Source: a virus
Virus record (IMG/VR): IMGVR_UViG_3300032070_000632
Location: 13,055 to 77,054 of that record
Reading direction: 5' to 3' (one strand)
DNA: 64,000 bases
The translations under genes and the position numbers were made by a program. How positions within the stretch are numbered: the stretch's first letter is position 1; each line of letters starts with the position of its first letter. Below the pieces are notes generated by a model. The model was not told the origin of the DNA, ran no database searches, and saw nothing but the letters and a program-made list of their open reading frames with translations. This document shows positions 47,620-57,209 of this stretch, in pieces.

Positions 47620-48460
47620 GGTTGATTCCCTTTATGAGCTTTTACAAAAAAATAAATTTGTCAGAGTGCTTGAGGCCCATAATGGCTTGTCTGGTTTAAT
47701 TGTGGAAAATTCAGACTTTGATGCCATTTGGGAGAGTTCATTGACTGATTCGGCTTCTAAGGGCTTGCCGGACATCGAACTGGTTAGTATGGATTCCAGG
47801 ATGGAAACTATCAGGCAGATTATTGACGTGACCACCAAGCCGATTATTGTTGATGGCGACACCGGCGGCCAGATTGACCATTTTCCGTATTGGGTAAATA
47901 AAATGGAGAAGGCTGGCGTATCAGCCGTGATTATTGAAGATAAAGCATTTCCTAAAAGGAATAGTCTGGATGAAAGTGCCCAACATCAGTTAGAAGAAGT
48001 GGATATTTTTGCTAAAAAGATTGAAGCCGGAGTAAAAGCGAAGATGAACGATAAATTTATGATTATCGCCCGTTTGGAAAGTTTGATTGCCCAGCATTCA
48101 GTTTATGAAGCGTTAATCAGAGCCGAGGCATTTTTGAAAGCTGGCGTGGACGGGATTATGATTCATTCTAAAGAAAAAATTTCTGCCACGGAAGTTTTTG
48201 AGTTTGCAAGAAGATTTAAAATGATGTCAAAAAAACCATTGGTTTGCGTACCTACCACTTATAATGATATTTTTGAACAACAATTACAGGAGGCGGGATT
48301 TAATATAGTTATTCATGCCAACCACTTATTGCGGGCATCTTTTAAAGCAATGGAGAAAGCAGCGGAAAAAATTTCCGTCAATCACCGCAGTAAGGAATTG
48401 GATGATGATATTTCTTCGGTGAAAGAAATATTTAACATTGTCGGTTATGATAAATTATAA
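47591..48460 (+). CDS. pepM: phosphoenolpyruvate mutase
   Basis: EAHNGLSG, DSASKGLPDIE, DGDTG, diagnostic EDKAFPKRNS (EDKx5NS), ARLESLI. Confidence 0.95.
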   Translation: MTTQKQCSTRVDSLYELLQKNKFVRVLEAHNGLSGLIVENSDFDAIWESSLTDSASKGLPDIELVSMDSRMETIRQIIDVTTKPIIVDGDTGGQIDHFPYWVNKMEKAGVSAVIIEDKAFPKRNSLDESAQHQLEEVDIFAKKIEAGVKAKMNDKFMIIARLESLIAQHSVYEALIRAEAFLKAGVDGIMIHSKEKISATEVFEFARRFKMMSKKPLVCVPTTYNDIFEQQLQEAGFNIVIHANHLLRASFKAMEKAAEKISVNHRSKELDDDISSVKEIFNIVGYDKL

Positions 48461-49628
48461 AAAAATTATTGAGTGTTTAAAGGAAAATGAAATTAAATTT
48501 ATTACTGGCGTTCCAGACAGTACGCTTAAGCACATAATCTGTGCTATCGCCGACGATAAAGATTTTCAACACGTTCCAGCCACTAATGAAGGAGAGGCCG
48601 TGGCCTTGGCAGCCGGATATTTTTTTGCCACAGGAAAAGTTCCCATGGTATATATGCAAAATGATGGATTATTTAATGCTGCTAATGCTTTAGCTTCGTT
48701 ATGCAGTTTTAATGTTTATGACGTCCCGATGCTTTTAATGATTGGCAAACGTGGCATTGAAGGCGATGAGCCACAACATTTAATGGCAGGAGAAATGTTG
48801 GAAGATTTTTTAAAATTATTACATATCCCCTGTAATTATCAACATATAGAAAATAATGAAAATATTGAAGATGAAATTTTGGAAGACCTTAGTTCAGCAA
48901 TAATTTACGCTCGCCGAGAAATACGTCCGGCAGCCATTATTTTTCAAAAAGGAAGTATCTATGATTTAGAAGAAAAAAATAAAATTGGAACGACGGAACC
49001 ATCAATGCGGGAGAAGTGCCTTGATATTTTATTGAACTATATCGGTATAGGTATAGTTGTTTCCACTACTGGTTTAACTTCTCGTGAATTGTATGAATTG
49101 AGGAAAAAAAGAGGTGAAAAAACAGATGATATTTTAATGGTTGGTTCTATGGGATGTGCTTCGGCGATTGGTTTAGGCGTAGCACTTCAAGAAAATAACG
49201 ATTATCAGCACGATAAGTCGAGTTACCGCAATGTTTATGTTCTGGATGGTGATGGAGCGGCTTTAATGATGTTGGGAAATATGGCTACTATCGGTTATTA
49301 TCTGCCGGAAAATTTAGTGCATATTATTTTTGACAATGGCGGTTATGTCAGCACGGGCAAACAACAACGGATAGGTGATAGAATTAATTGGCAAATGCTC
49401 GCCCAGGGATTGGGATATTATACTTTTAAAGAGGTTGACGGCCGAAGCATGGCTGAAACTAAATGTTTCGGTAAATTGGGTGAAATATTGGATTTTCATA
49501 AAATGCCTATGCCGGCATTGATAGTGATTAAAATTGACCAGTCGGTCCGTGGTGATTTAGGCAGACCAAAAGATTTAAAGGAAATCAGAAAAAATTTTAT
49601 GATTAAAATTTTTAACAAAGACATATGA
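48447..49628 (+). CDS. ppd: phosphonopyruvate decarboxylase
   Basis: GVPDS, NEGEAV, YMQNDG, DEPQH, STTG..SREL, VGSMG, DGDGA TPP motif, LGRP. Confidence 0.95.
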   Translation: MINYKKIIECLKENEIKFITGVPDSTLKHIICAIADDKDFQHVPATNEGEAVALAAGYFFATGKVPMVYMQNDGLFNAANALASLCSFNVYDVPMLLMIGKRGIEGDEPQHLMAGEMLEDFLKLLHIPCNYQHIENNENIEDEILEDLSSAIIYARREIRPAAIIFQKGSIYDLEEKNKIGTTEPSMREKCLDILLNYIGIGIVVSTTGLTSRELYELRKKRGEKTDDILMVGSMGCASAIGLGVALQENNDYQHDKSSYRNVYVLDGDGAALMMLGNMATIGYYLPENLVHIIFDNGGYVSTGKQQRIGDRINWQMLAQGLGYYTFKEVDGRSMAETKCFGKLGEILDFHKMPMPALIVIKIDQSVRGDLGRPKDLKEIRKNFMIKIFNKDI

Positions 49629-50620
49629 TTCTATACGGAGATTTCAAAGAAAAAATTAAAAAAATAACAAAGAGAGAATTTGGCGTGGAAATGCTGGTTT
49701 TAACTAATGATGTTTTTAAAGAATTTATTTTGGAAAATCCTAATGGGTTGACAGTGCCTGCCAATCCGACTGATAAATTTTTAGATAAAGCCAGAAGTTT
49801 CGCCAGCGACCGATTTTATAAAGGACCATTCAAATTTATTGTTTCCATCGGCGGCGGGTCGGTAATTGACGTGGGAAAAATATTATCAGTATTATTTGAA
49901 ATTCCGCACATTGTCGTGCCTACCACCTGCGGAAGCGGAAGCGAAGCAACTTCCTATGCGGTGATAATAGAAAAAGAAAAAAAGGAAACAATAACTAATA
50001 AAGAGTTTTTGCCTAAATATGTGGTTTATGATGAATATTTTTTAAAAGAAATTGACCATAATAAAGAGGCAATAGCATTAATAGCTGGAGTATTTGATGT
50101 ATTATGCCATTGCGTTGAATCTTATCTTTCGCCAAAATCAACTCCAGTAAGTGAAAAATATGTCCATAAGGCGATAAATTTATGGAAAAGATTTTCTTGG
50201 CAATGGTTGGATGGACAAAAAAAAGCATCATTGGAAATGTTTGAAGCGGCATTTTATGCCGGCAAAGCGATTGATATTACGCAGACTGGAATTTGCCATG
50301 CTGTTTCTTATCCACTAACAACAAAATATGGCATACCACATGGCTTGGCGGCCGCATCCATGCTGGCAACTTTAATTTTTTATATCGACCAATTAGATAA
50401 AAAAGCGGAAGAAAGATTCTATCAGTTATTTTCCAAAAAAGAAAGATACGGATTGCTCGGGTTGATAAGTATTTACTGCAAAATGGAAGAAATGAAAAAA
50501 CTTTTTAAAAAAATTGATATTGAATATGTTATGAAAGAGGCAAAAAAATCTTCCAGATTTAAGAATAGTATTTTAAAATTGCCACCTAAATTTATTTATT
50601 TTTTCAATTATGTTAAATAG
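49625..50620 (+). CDS. Fe-containing alcohol dehydrogenase, putative phosphonoacetaldehyde reductase
   Basis: GGGSVIDVGK, PTTCGSGSEAT, D..CH..ES, CHAVSYPLT, PHG; follows ppd. Confidence 0.88.
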   Translation: MILYGDFKEKIKKITKREFGVEMLVLTNDVFKEFILENPNGLTVPANPTDKFLDKARSFASDRFYKGPFKFIVSIGGGSVIDVGKILSVLFEIPHIVVPTTCGSGSEATSYAVIIEKEKKETITNKEFLPKYVVYDEYFLKEIDHNKEAIALIAGVFDVLCHCVESYLSPKSTPVSEKYVHKAINLWKRFSWQWLDGQKKASLEMFEAAFYAGKAIDITQTGICHAVSYPLTTKYGIPHGLAAASMLATLIFYIDQLDKKAEERFYQLFSKKERYGLLGLISIYCKMEEMKKLFKKIDIEYVMKEAKKSSRFKNSILKLPPKFIYFFNYVK

Positions 50621-51047
50621 AATAGGTTATCTCCCAATGACGGCTGATTTGTTGCATGTCGGGCACATTCACGCCATTTCTCAAAGTCTTGTTTTTTGCC
50701 GTCATTTAATAATTGGCTTATTAAACGACAAAGCGATTGAAGATTATAAAGAAAAACCGCCAGTAATACCATTTAAAGAAAGAAAAGCGATGTTGGAATA
50801 TGTTTTGCCGTTTTTTTCAAAACATACCGGTCAGACTACCCAAATTGTTGAACAAGATAATATTGATTTTACCGAAAATTTAAAAAAATATAAACCGGAT
50901 TGCGTATTGAGCGGGGATGGCTGGCAAGAAGAAGAAAGAAAATCTGCGGAAAAACATAAATGCAAATTAATTAATTTTAAATATTATCCGCATCAAAGCA
51001 CAACAATGATAAAAAACAGAGTAAGAGAACTTTATGCCGATATTTGA
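50610..51047 (+). CDS. HxGH cytidylyltransferase
   Basis: MTADLLHVGH, IGLL.D, ERK, GDGW, QSTT. Confidence 0.9.
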   Translation: MLNRIGYLPMTADLLHVGHIHAISQSLVFCRHLIIGLLNDKAIEDYKEKPPVIPFKERKAMLEYVLPFFSKHTGQTTQIVEQDNIDFTENLKKYKPDCVLSGDGWQEEERKSAEKHKCKLINFKYYPHQSTTMIKNRVRELYADI

Positions 51048-51693
51048 ATCTAATGGCAAGAAATTTTTTTATAACGATGATAACGACAGTCCACGGATGG
51101 CCGGCGGAGAGATGAATAATTTATACCGCCTGCCGAAAGATTTGAAGATAGTAATTGACATTGGTGCTCATATGGGAGGCACGGCGGTTTATGGAGCTAC
51201 GCTGGGAGCCGAGGTATATGCTTACGAGCCGGACAGAATTATATTTGATTTATTTAAAAAAACGATTGCTGAAAATTTACTGGAAAAAAAGATACACGCT
51301 TTCAATTTAGCCGTTTGCGATGTCAGTAAGGGAAGATTTAGAAAATTATATCAGCATCCGGTTTATTCGGTTTATAATTCAATTTGCGAACCATATCTGA
51401 ATACTAGAAATTTTCAAAACAAATCTTATTATTATGTTAAAACAATTTCTTTAGCCGAAATATTCAGTGAAAATAAAATTGACGTCTGCGATGTTTTAAA
51501 AATTGATTGCGAGGGCAGTGAAGAAGAGATATTATTTTCCGCTGATAAAGAATTATTTAGCAGAATAAAACAAATATCAGTGGAAATAGACGGCGATGAC
51601 AACCAAAAGAATAAAATAGTTGATTTTTTAAAAAAGTTTTACCCTCGTATGGAAACAATAAAAAATGAGATATTTTTCTTTTATCAAGTATGA
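51034..51693 (+). CDS. FkbM family methyltransferase
   Basis: IDIGAHMG, AYEP, LKIDCEGSE. Confidence 0.9.
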   Translation: MPIFESNGKKFFYNDDNDSPRMAGGEMNNLYRLPKDLKIVIDIGAHMGGTAVYGATLGAEVYAYEPDRIIFDLFKKTIAENLLEKKIHAFNLAVCDVSKGRFRKLYQHPVYSVYNSICEPYLNTRNFQNKSYYYVKTISLAEIFSENKIDVCDVLKIDCEGSEEEILFSADKELFSRIKQISVEIDGDDNQKNKIVDFLKKFYPRMETIKNEIFFFYQV

Positions 51694-52262
51694 AATTATT
51701 AATTGTTGCCCACTTAGATGACGAAATATTATGGTTTAATACCGTTGAGTTTGATTTAATAATCATTGTTTTTTTAGGTAGGATTGACCGGCCGGATATT
51801 GAAAAAGGAAGATATAAAGTATTGGAAAATCATCCTTTTAAAGATAAAATTTTATGTCTTGGTTATACCGAAACTAATTATTGGCGGGACCGGAGCAAAC
51901 GGGAATTGTACGAATCTCAATTAATGTCTTTGGTAAATTATTTAACTGAATGGAAAAAGACAAACAAACCTAACCAGATATTTACGCATAATCCTTGGGG
52001 AGAATACGGGCATTCTGACCATGTTTTAGTCCATAAGGCGGTAATGAAAGCATTTCCAGAAATTAATAAATTTGGCTTGGCTAAAGGAATTTTATCAGCT
52101 GAGGGCAGAGAATCGGAAATCGACCCGTCATTGACTTTTACTGGCATTATGGACATACCGCAATTTATTAGGATAAGAGATTTATATTTGAAATGCGGTG
52201 CCTGGACGTGGAGTTTAGATTACTATCCGGAATTAAAGACAACTTATTATTTAATGAAATAA
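51690..52262 (+). CDS. PIG-L/LmbE-like de-N-acetylase
   Basis: VAHLDDE, THNPWGEYGHSDH. Confidence 0.85.
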   Translation: MKLLIVAHLDDEILWFNTVEFDLIIIVFLGRIDRPDIEKGRYKVLENHPFKDKILCLGYTETNYWRDRSKRELYESQLMSLVNYLTEWKKTNKPNQIFTHNPWGEYGHSDHVLVHKAVMKAFPEINKFGLAKGILSAEGRESEIDPSLTFTGIMDIPQFIRIRDLYLKCGAWTWSLDYYPELKTTYYLMK

Positions 52263-52264
52263 TT

Positions 52265-52477
52265 ATGTTTACGGCGATTACAATGTTAGTTTGGGCGATT
52301 TTATGGAAGATATTAAATATTTATCCTCCGCAAGATTTAAGCGATGTTGTTTTGATAGCGGTTGGGATAATGAGCACGTTATGGGCAATGAGCGAAGATA
52401 TTTCTATAATTACTTTTTTAAATAAAAAATATGGCAAAGAAGAAAAAAATTGGCAAAAAACATCCATCCAGGAATAA
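52265..52477 (+). CDS. small membrane protein
   Basis: Two hydrophobic segments from ATG 52265. Confidence 0.45.
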   Translation: MFTAITMLVWAILWKILNIYPPQDLSDVVLIAVGIMSTLWAMSEDISIITFLNKKYGKEEKNWQKTSIQE

Positions 52478-52633
52478 GAGAAACAAAGTTTTTGTCGGTC
52501 ATAAAAAAATAGTTCCTGACTATGGAGATAATGATGAATAATTGGCAGACTGATTGGCTAGCATTAATTGGTGCCATAATAATAACGGCAATTATTGTAA
52601 TTTTTTTGATAACATGTTTATTAGAATAATTTT

Positions 52634-53323
52634 ATGAAAAATAAAAATCCATTAATCAGCGTCGTCAATGCCACCTATAACCAGAGAGAATGGGTTGACC
52701 AATTATTAATTTCCTTGAAAGAACAAACTTACCGGCCGTTGGAAATTTTGATTGTCGGCGACGGATGCACTGATTATACCCAAGAGATAACGGAAAAATT
52801 CGTCAAGGAAAATAATACTAAAGATTTTACTGTCCGGTTTATTGTCAAAGAACATACCGGCGTACAGGAGACACGCAATCGCGGACTGGATGAAGCTAAA
52901 GGTAAATATATAATTTTTCCTGATTCCGATTGTTTCTTATATCCGACTTGCTTGGAAAAAATGTGCAATGTTTTAGAGGTGGTGCCGTCCATTGGTTATG
53001 TTTATTGCGATATGGAAAATTTAGGATTTTATAATAACATTCATCGTAGCGGAGAATTTGATGAAGAACGGTTGCGGCGTGGAAATTATATCCCCGTGGT
53101 GGCTTTAATGCGGTTAATAGACCAGACTCCGCATTGGGACCCGCAGATTAAGCGGCATCAGGATTATGACGTCTGGCTTTCTTGGCTGGATAAAGGATTT
53201 CCTGGTTATTGGATAAATGAAGTTTTATTTAGACATCATACTCGCAATAATAGTTTAACCTTTACCAGTGTTTCTATCGCCGAAGCCAACGCCAGCGTTT
53301 GGCGAAAACATGGAATAATTTAA
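52634..53323 (+). CDS. GT2 glycosyltransferase
   Basis: ISVVNATYN, GDGCTD, RNRG, DSD, QDYD. Confidence 0.9.
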   Translation: MKNKNPLISVVNATYNQREWVDQLLISLKEQTYRPLEILIVGDGCTDYTQEITEKFVKENNTKDFTVRFIVKEHTGVQETRNRGLDEAKGKYIIFPDSDCFLYPTCLEKMCNVLEVVPSIGYVYCDMENLGFYNNIHRSGEFDEERLRRGNYIPVVALMRLIDQTPHWDPQIKRHQDYDVWLSWLDKGFPGYWINEVLFRHHTRNNSLTFTSVSIAEANASVWRKHGII

Positions 53324-53333
53324 TATAAAAAAT

Positions 53334-53516
53334 ATGAAAAAAACACATCGGTATTTATTAAAATTAATTAAGGGGAAGAAAACCAAACAAATAGAATTAG
53401 AATTTCCCAATACTGATACGCCAGTGGCTTATCTGGATAATTCAATAATAACCTTACGGCAAGCCGGTTATGAAATTAAAGCGGTTTATAAAGATATTGA
53501 TTGGTTTAATTTATGA
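53334..53516 (+). CDS. hypothetical protein
   Basis: 60 aa ORF with ATGA overlap. Confidence 0.5.
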   Translation: MKKTHRYLLKLIKGKKTKQIELEFPNTDTPVAYLDNSIITLRQAGYEIKAVYKDIDWFNL

Positions 53517-54235
53517 AAATAGCAACATTCACTTTAACCAGAGAACGACTTGATTATACGCAACGGACGTTCGCCGAAATCAAAGGCACGGCCGGCATTG
53601 AATTTGACCATTTTGTGCTGGACAACGGCTCAAGGGACGGAACTCCCGAATGGCTGGAAAAAAATAAAGATTTATTTAAGAAAGTGATTTTATCTCCCGA
53701 CAATAAAGGATTATGGGGAGGAATTAATATTATTTTAAAAGAAACTAATTTTTTTGAGGGATATAATTATGTGCTTAAATTAGACAACGACGTGGAATTT
53801 ATCACTGATTGTTGGTTGAGAAGGTTGGCTTTAATGTCTGCTGAGATGGGAAATAAAGTAGTTTTATCTCCTTATGTTGATGGTCTCGGGTCCGGTCTCG
53901 GCGGTGCCCCTCGTTATTCGCATGAACTTATCGCCGGCAATAAAATTAGTTACAGTCATCATGTCGGCGGAATATGTTTATTTACCAGTCAAGACGCTTA
54001 TAAAGCTAGCGGATATTTCCCTGGTTGTCTGGGAAAGGCACAGGGTTGGGATGTTTTTTTCTGCGGACGGGCAAAAAATATGGGATATAAAATCGCTTAT
54101 TTGGAAGACGTAAAAATAAAACATATGGATACGACCGTGGAACAGGAAAAAATCAGACCGGATTATTATAACCGAAAAGTCTTAGAAGCGAGGATTCCAT
54201 ATCGAGGAAATATTGATGATTATAAAATATTATGA
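53513..54235 (+). CDS. GT2 glycosyltransferase
   Basis: LDNGSRDGT, NKG, KLDND. Confidence 0.9.
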   Translation: MKIATFTLTRERLDYTQRTFAEIKGTAGIEFDHFVLDNGSRDGTPEWLEKNKDLFKKVILSPDNKGLWGGINIILKETNFFEGYNYVLKLDNDVEFITDCWLRRLALMSAEMGNKVVLSPYVDGLGSGLGGAPRYSHELIAGNKISYSHHVGGICLFTSQDAYKASGYFPGCLGKAQGWDVFFCGRAKNMGYKIAYLEDVKIKHMDTTVEQEKIRPDYYNRKVLEARIPYRGNIDDYKIL

Positions 54236-54906
54236 CAGTTTCAATAATTTTAATCACTTATAATTCCTGGCACGTCTTGCCGATGTTTTTTAAAGGATTG
54301 GAATTGGCGGATTATCCTTTTAGTTTATATGTGGTTGATAATTTTTCCCAACATCAACCAGATTTAGACAGAGTGGTTAGTGTTGGCGTAATGAATAATA
54401 ATAATTGCCGGCAAATTTCATTGATAAAAAATAAAGAAAATTTAATGTATACTAAGGCGGCCAACCAAGGGATGATAGTGGCCGATGGTGAGTTGTTTCT
54501 TTTAATGAATCCGGATTGTTATGGCGTTGATAGTGGCTGGCTTAAAAAAATGATTGAATATTGGGAACAATATCGACCAGATGTGGCCGGCTATAAATTA
54601 GTGCGACCTGACTTACGGGAGATAGAACATGCCGGAGCTCATGCTCCTGGCGTGCATGAGGGCAAGGGCGAACAGGACAACGGACAATATGATGAGCCAA
54701 GAGAATTAATGAGAGCCGACCAGTACGTAACCGGTGCTTGCTGGATGATTGCTAAAACCACTATTGATAAATATGGATTATTGCCGGAAGAGCATGTTCA
54801 TTATGCTTCGGACAGGGAATATTGTTTTAATGTTAGGAATAATGGCGGACATATCTGGTATTTTCCTACAAAAATGGTTCATATGTTTGGAAAAAGTTGT
54901 CTATAA
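54232..54906 (+). CDS. GT2 glycosyltransferase
   Basis: ITYN, VVDN, AANQG, MNPD, VTGAC, SDREYC. Confidence 0.9.
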   Translation: MTVSIILITYNSWHVLPMFFKGLELADYPFSLYVVDNFSQHQPDLDRVVSVGVMNNNNCRQISLIKNKENLMYTKAANQGMIVADGELFLLMNPDCYGVDSGWLKKMIEYWEQYRPDVAGYKLVRPDLREIEHAGAHAPGVHEGKGEQDNGQYDEPRELMRADQYVTGACWMIAKTTIDKYGLLPEEHVHYASDREYCFNVRNNGGHIWYFPTKMVHMFGKSCL

Positions 54907-54927
54907 AAATAATTAATAATTTATTAT

Positions 54928-55836
54928 ATGAACAAACTAAAAATATTTTTTCCAGTTGATACTTCATGGGGTTTAGTCATGCACCGGATAACTTATGACA
55001 TTCAGCGATTCGCACCGCATGATAAGTTCGAATTTGTGGACACCTATGAAAAATGCGACATTGCTTTCTGGCATTTAATCGGACCAAACAAAGTGCAAAA
55101 AGAAAAACCTTACGTAATACTCTTCCATTGTTTTGGCCGAGACCGAGGAGAGATAGCCATGCGGGAAATTTGGCTGGAAAATTTCAAACAAGCGGAAATG
55201 GTTTATGGTTATTATCCGCTCCATAAATTTATTGGCGAAGATGACATGAAAGAAATAAATTATGTTCGCCAGCCATGGGGGGTTGATAATACTATTTTTT
55301 ATCGGATGCCGGAAGTGAAAAAGCAATTTACCTGCGTGGCCACTGGTTATGTGGCTCAAACTGAGGCATTATTGGAATTATATCGTGCCTGCAAGGCAGT
55401 TGGCGGGAAATTGCTTCATATCGGCGGTTCGTTGGATAGAGAAGTCGGTCTGTTAAATCCGATGTATTACGAACGTATCTGTAATGTCAGTGATGATGAT
55501 ATGCGGCGAGCGTACAATTCCGCCTACTGGGTTTCCGGATTGCGGCGAGTTGAAGGTTATGAAATTCCGGCTTTGGAAGGATTTGTCTGTGGCGCCCAGC
55601 CTATTTGTTTTAATATTGAAGACTTTTATCCGTATTGGTTTGGCGATTTTGCTAATTTTATTCCCCAAGGGAGTGTTGATGATACAACGGAGGCATTGGC
55701 AAAATTATTTTCCGTTCAGCCGTTGATAAACAGCAAAAAGATAGAGGAAATAAAGAATAAATTTGATACGGAAAAATTATCTCGGGGATTTTGGGATGTT
55801 TTAATACAATCATTAACTAATAAAAAAATTATATGA
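54928..55836 (+). CDS. GT-B (GT4-like) glycosyltransferase
   Basis: WGVD..IF, YNSA, EGYEIPALE (Ex7E). Confidence 0.82.
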   Translation: MNKLKIFFPVDTSWGLVMHRITYDIQRFAPHDKFEFVDTYEKCDIAFWHLIGPNKVQKEKPYVILFHCFGRDRGEIAMREIWLENFKQAEMVYGYYPLHKFIGEDDMKEINYVRQPWGVDNTIFYRMPEVKKQFTCVATGYVAQTEALLELYRACKAVGGKLLHIGGSLDREVGLLNPMYYERICNVSDDDMRRAYNSAYWVSGLRRVEGYEIPALEGFVCGAQPICFNIEDFYPYWFGDFANFIPQGSVDDTTEALAKLFSVQPLINSKKIEEIKNKFDTEKLSRGFWDVLIQSLTNKKII

Positions 55837-57209
55837 AAAAGCCAACCGCAAAATCTATAATTTCTCGACAACTTGACCGACGGGGGCGGGAGATGGGAAA
55901 TAAAAAAATTAAAATTTTATGTTACTGCGATACGCCAACGGCCATCACCGGCTTTGCCACCGTTTCTAAAAATATTTTAAAACAGCTTTATAATACCGAA
56001 AAATATGAAATCGTGGTCTGGGGCATAAACTATTACGGCTTGCCGTACGACCATAATGAATTTCCCTATGAAATTTATCCGGCTTCTTATGCCGACCACA
56101 ATGATTTATACGGACGGAACGCTTTTGTCAATTTTATGAGCCAGATTGATTTTGATATTTTATGGACGCTTAATGACCCATCGGTAGTGGATACTTTCTT
56201 GCCGGAAGCAGTTGTGGAATTACGTCGGCAAGCACCGAATAAAATTTTTCAATGGATTTTTTATTTTCCGATTGACAGCGAGTTTATCCGCCGGTCTTGG
56301 TTCACGCCAATTATGACCGCTGATTTTCCGGTCTGTTATAATCAATGGACTTACGACCAATTGACGGCCGCCGCTCCCGAATTAAAACGTGATTTACGGG
56401 TAATACCGCACGGCATTGACGCCAATGATTTCTTCCCTATTTCCAATGAAGAAAAATTAGCGTTTCGCAAAGATTATTGGAAAGGAATGATAAATGACGA
56501 TACTTTCTTAGTAATTAACGTCAACCGCAACCAGCAGCGAAAAGATTTTTACCGTACGCTGAAAGCGTTTAAACTGTTTAAAGACAAATATCCTAATTCT
56601 CATTTATACATTCATTGCAAGGTTGATGACGTCGGCGGCAATTTAATGGAAATAGCTGCTCAAGTCGGCTTAATCCCCAAACAGGATTTTTCTTATCCCC
56701 ATCCCGATAAATTTCATCCCGCCACCGGCATGCTGATTGACGTGCTGAATAAGATTTATAATGTCGCCGACATTGTAATGTCAACGACGCTGGGAGAAGG
56801 TTGCGGACTTTCTTCTCACGAAGCGTTTGCCACAAAAACTCCGATTGTAATGCCTAACCATACCGCTTTGATTGAAACGCTAAAAGACGGCAGGGGATTT
56901 GCCGTCAAAGCGGGTGGCGATAATAATTTGTGGGAAGTTATGCCAATGGATAATTCAATTATCCGGCCATTGACTGATGTTGACGATATGGCAAAAAAAC
57001 TCGGCGAAGCATACAACAACCGCCGAGAGCTTAAAGCAATGGGAGAGCGTGGCTATAATTGGGTGATGAACCGGACTTGGAGCAAGGTTTGCCGAGAATG
57101 GAATGACTTGTTTGAGCAAGCCGCCGAGAAAACTTTATTATTGCGTCAGGGGAAGATTATGAATTTTGGTGGTGCTGTTGGTAAAGATGTTGGAGCTGTC
57201 CGTCAGTAA
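55833..57209 (+). CDS. GT4 glycosyltransferase
   Basis: TGFA, PHGID, NRNQQRK, EGCGLSSHE (Ex7E). Confidence 0.9.
   Translation: MKKPTAKSIISRQLDRRGREMGNKKIKILCYCDTPTAITGFATVSKNILKQLYNTEKYEIVVWGINYYGLPYDHNEFPYEIYPASYADHNDLYGRNAFVNFMSQIDFDILWTLNDPSVVDTFLPEAVVELRRQAPNKIFQWIFYFPIDSEFIRRSWFTPIMTADFPVCYNQWTYDQLTAAAPELKRDLRVIPHGIDANDFFPISNEEKLAFRKDYWKGMINDDTFLVINVNRNQQRKDFYRTLKAFKLFKDKYPNSHLYIHCKVDDVGGNLMEIAAQVGLIPKQDFSYPHPDKFHPATGMLIDVLNKIYNVADIVMSTTLGEGCGLSSHEAFATKTPIVMPNHTALIETLKDGRGFAVKAGGDNNLWEVMPMDNSIIRPLTDVDDMAKKLGEAYNNRRELKAMGERGYNWVMNRTWSKVCREWNDLFEQAAEKTLLLRQGKIMNFGGAVGKDVGAVRQ

Noticed and set aside
47591-48460. Isocitrate lyase or methylisocitrate lyase instead of PEP mutase
   Set aside because: Has EDKx5NS rather than the KKCGH/KRCGH motif and is followed by phosphonopyruvate decarboxylase
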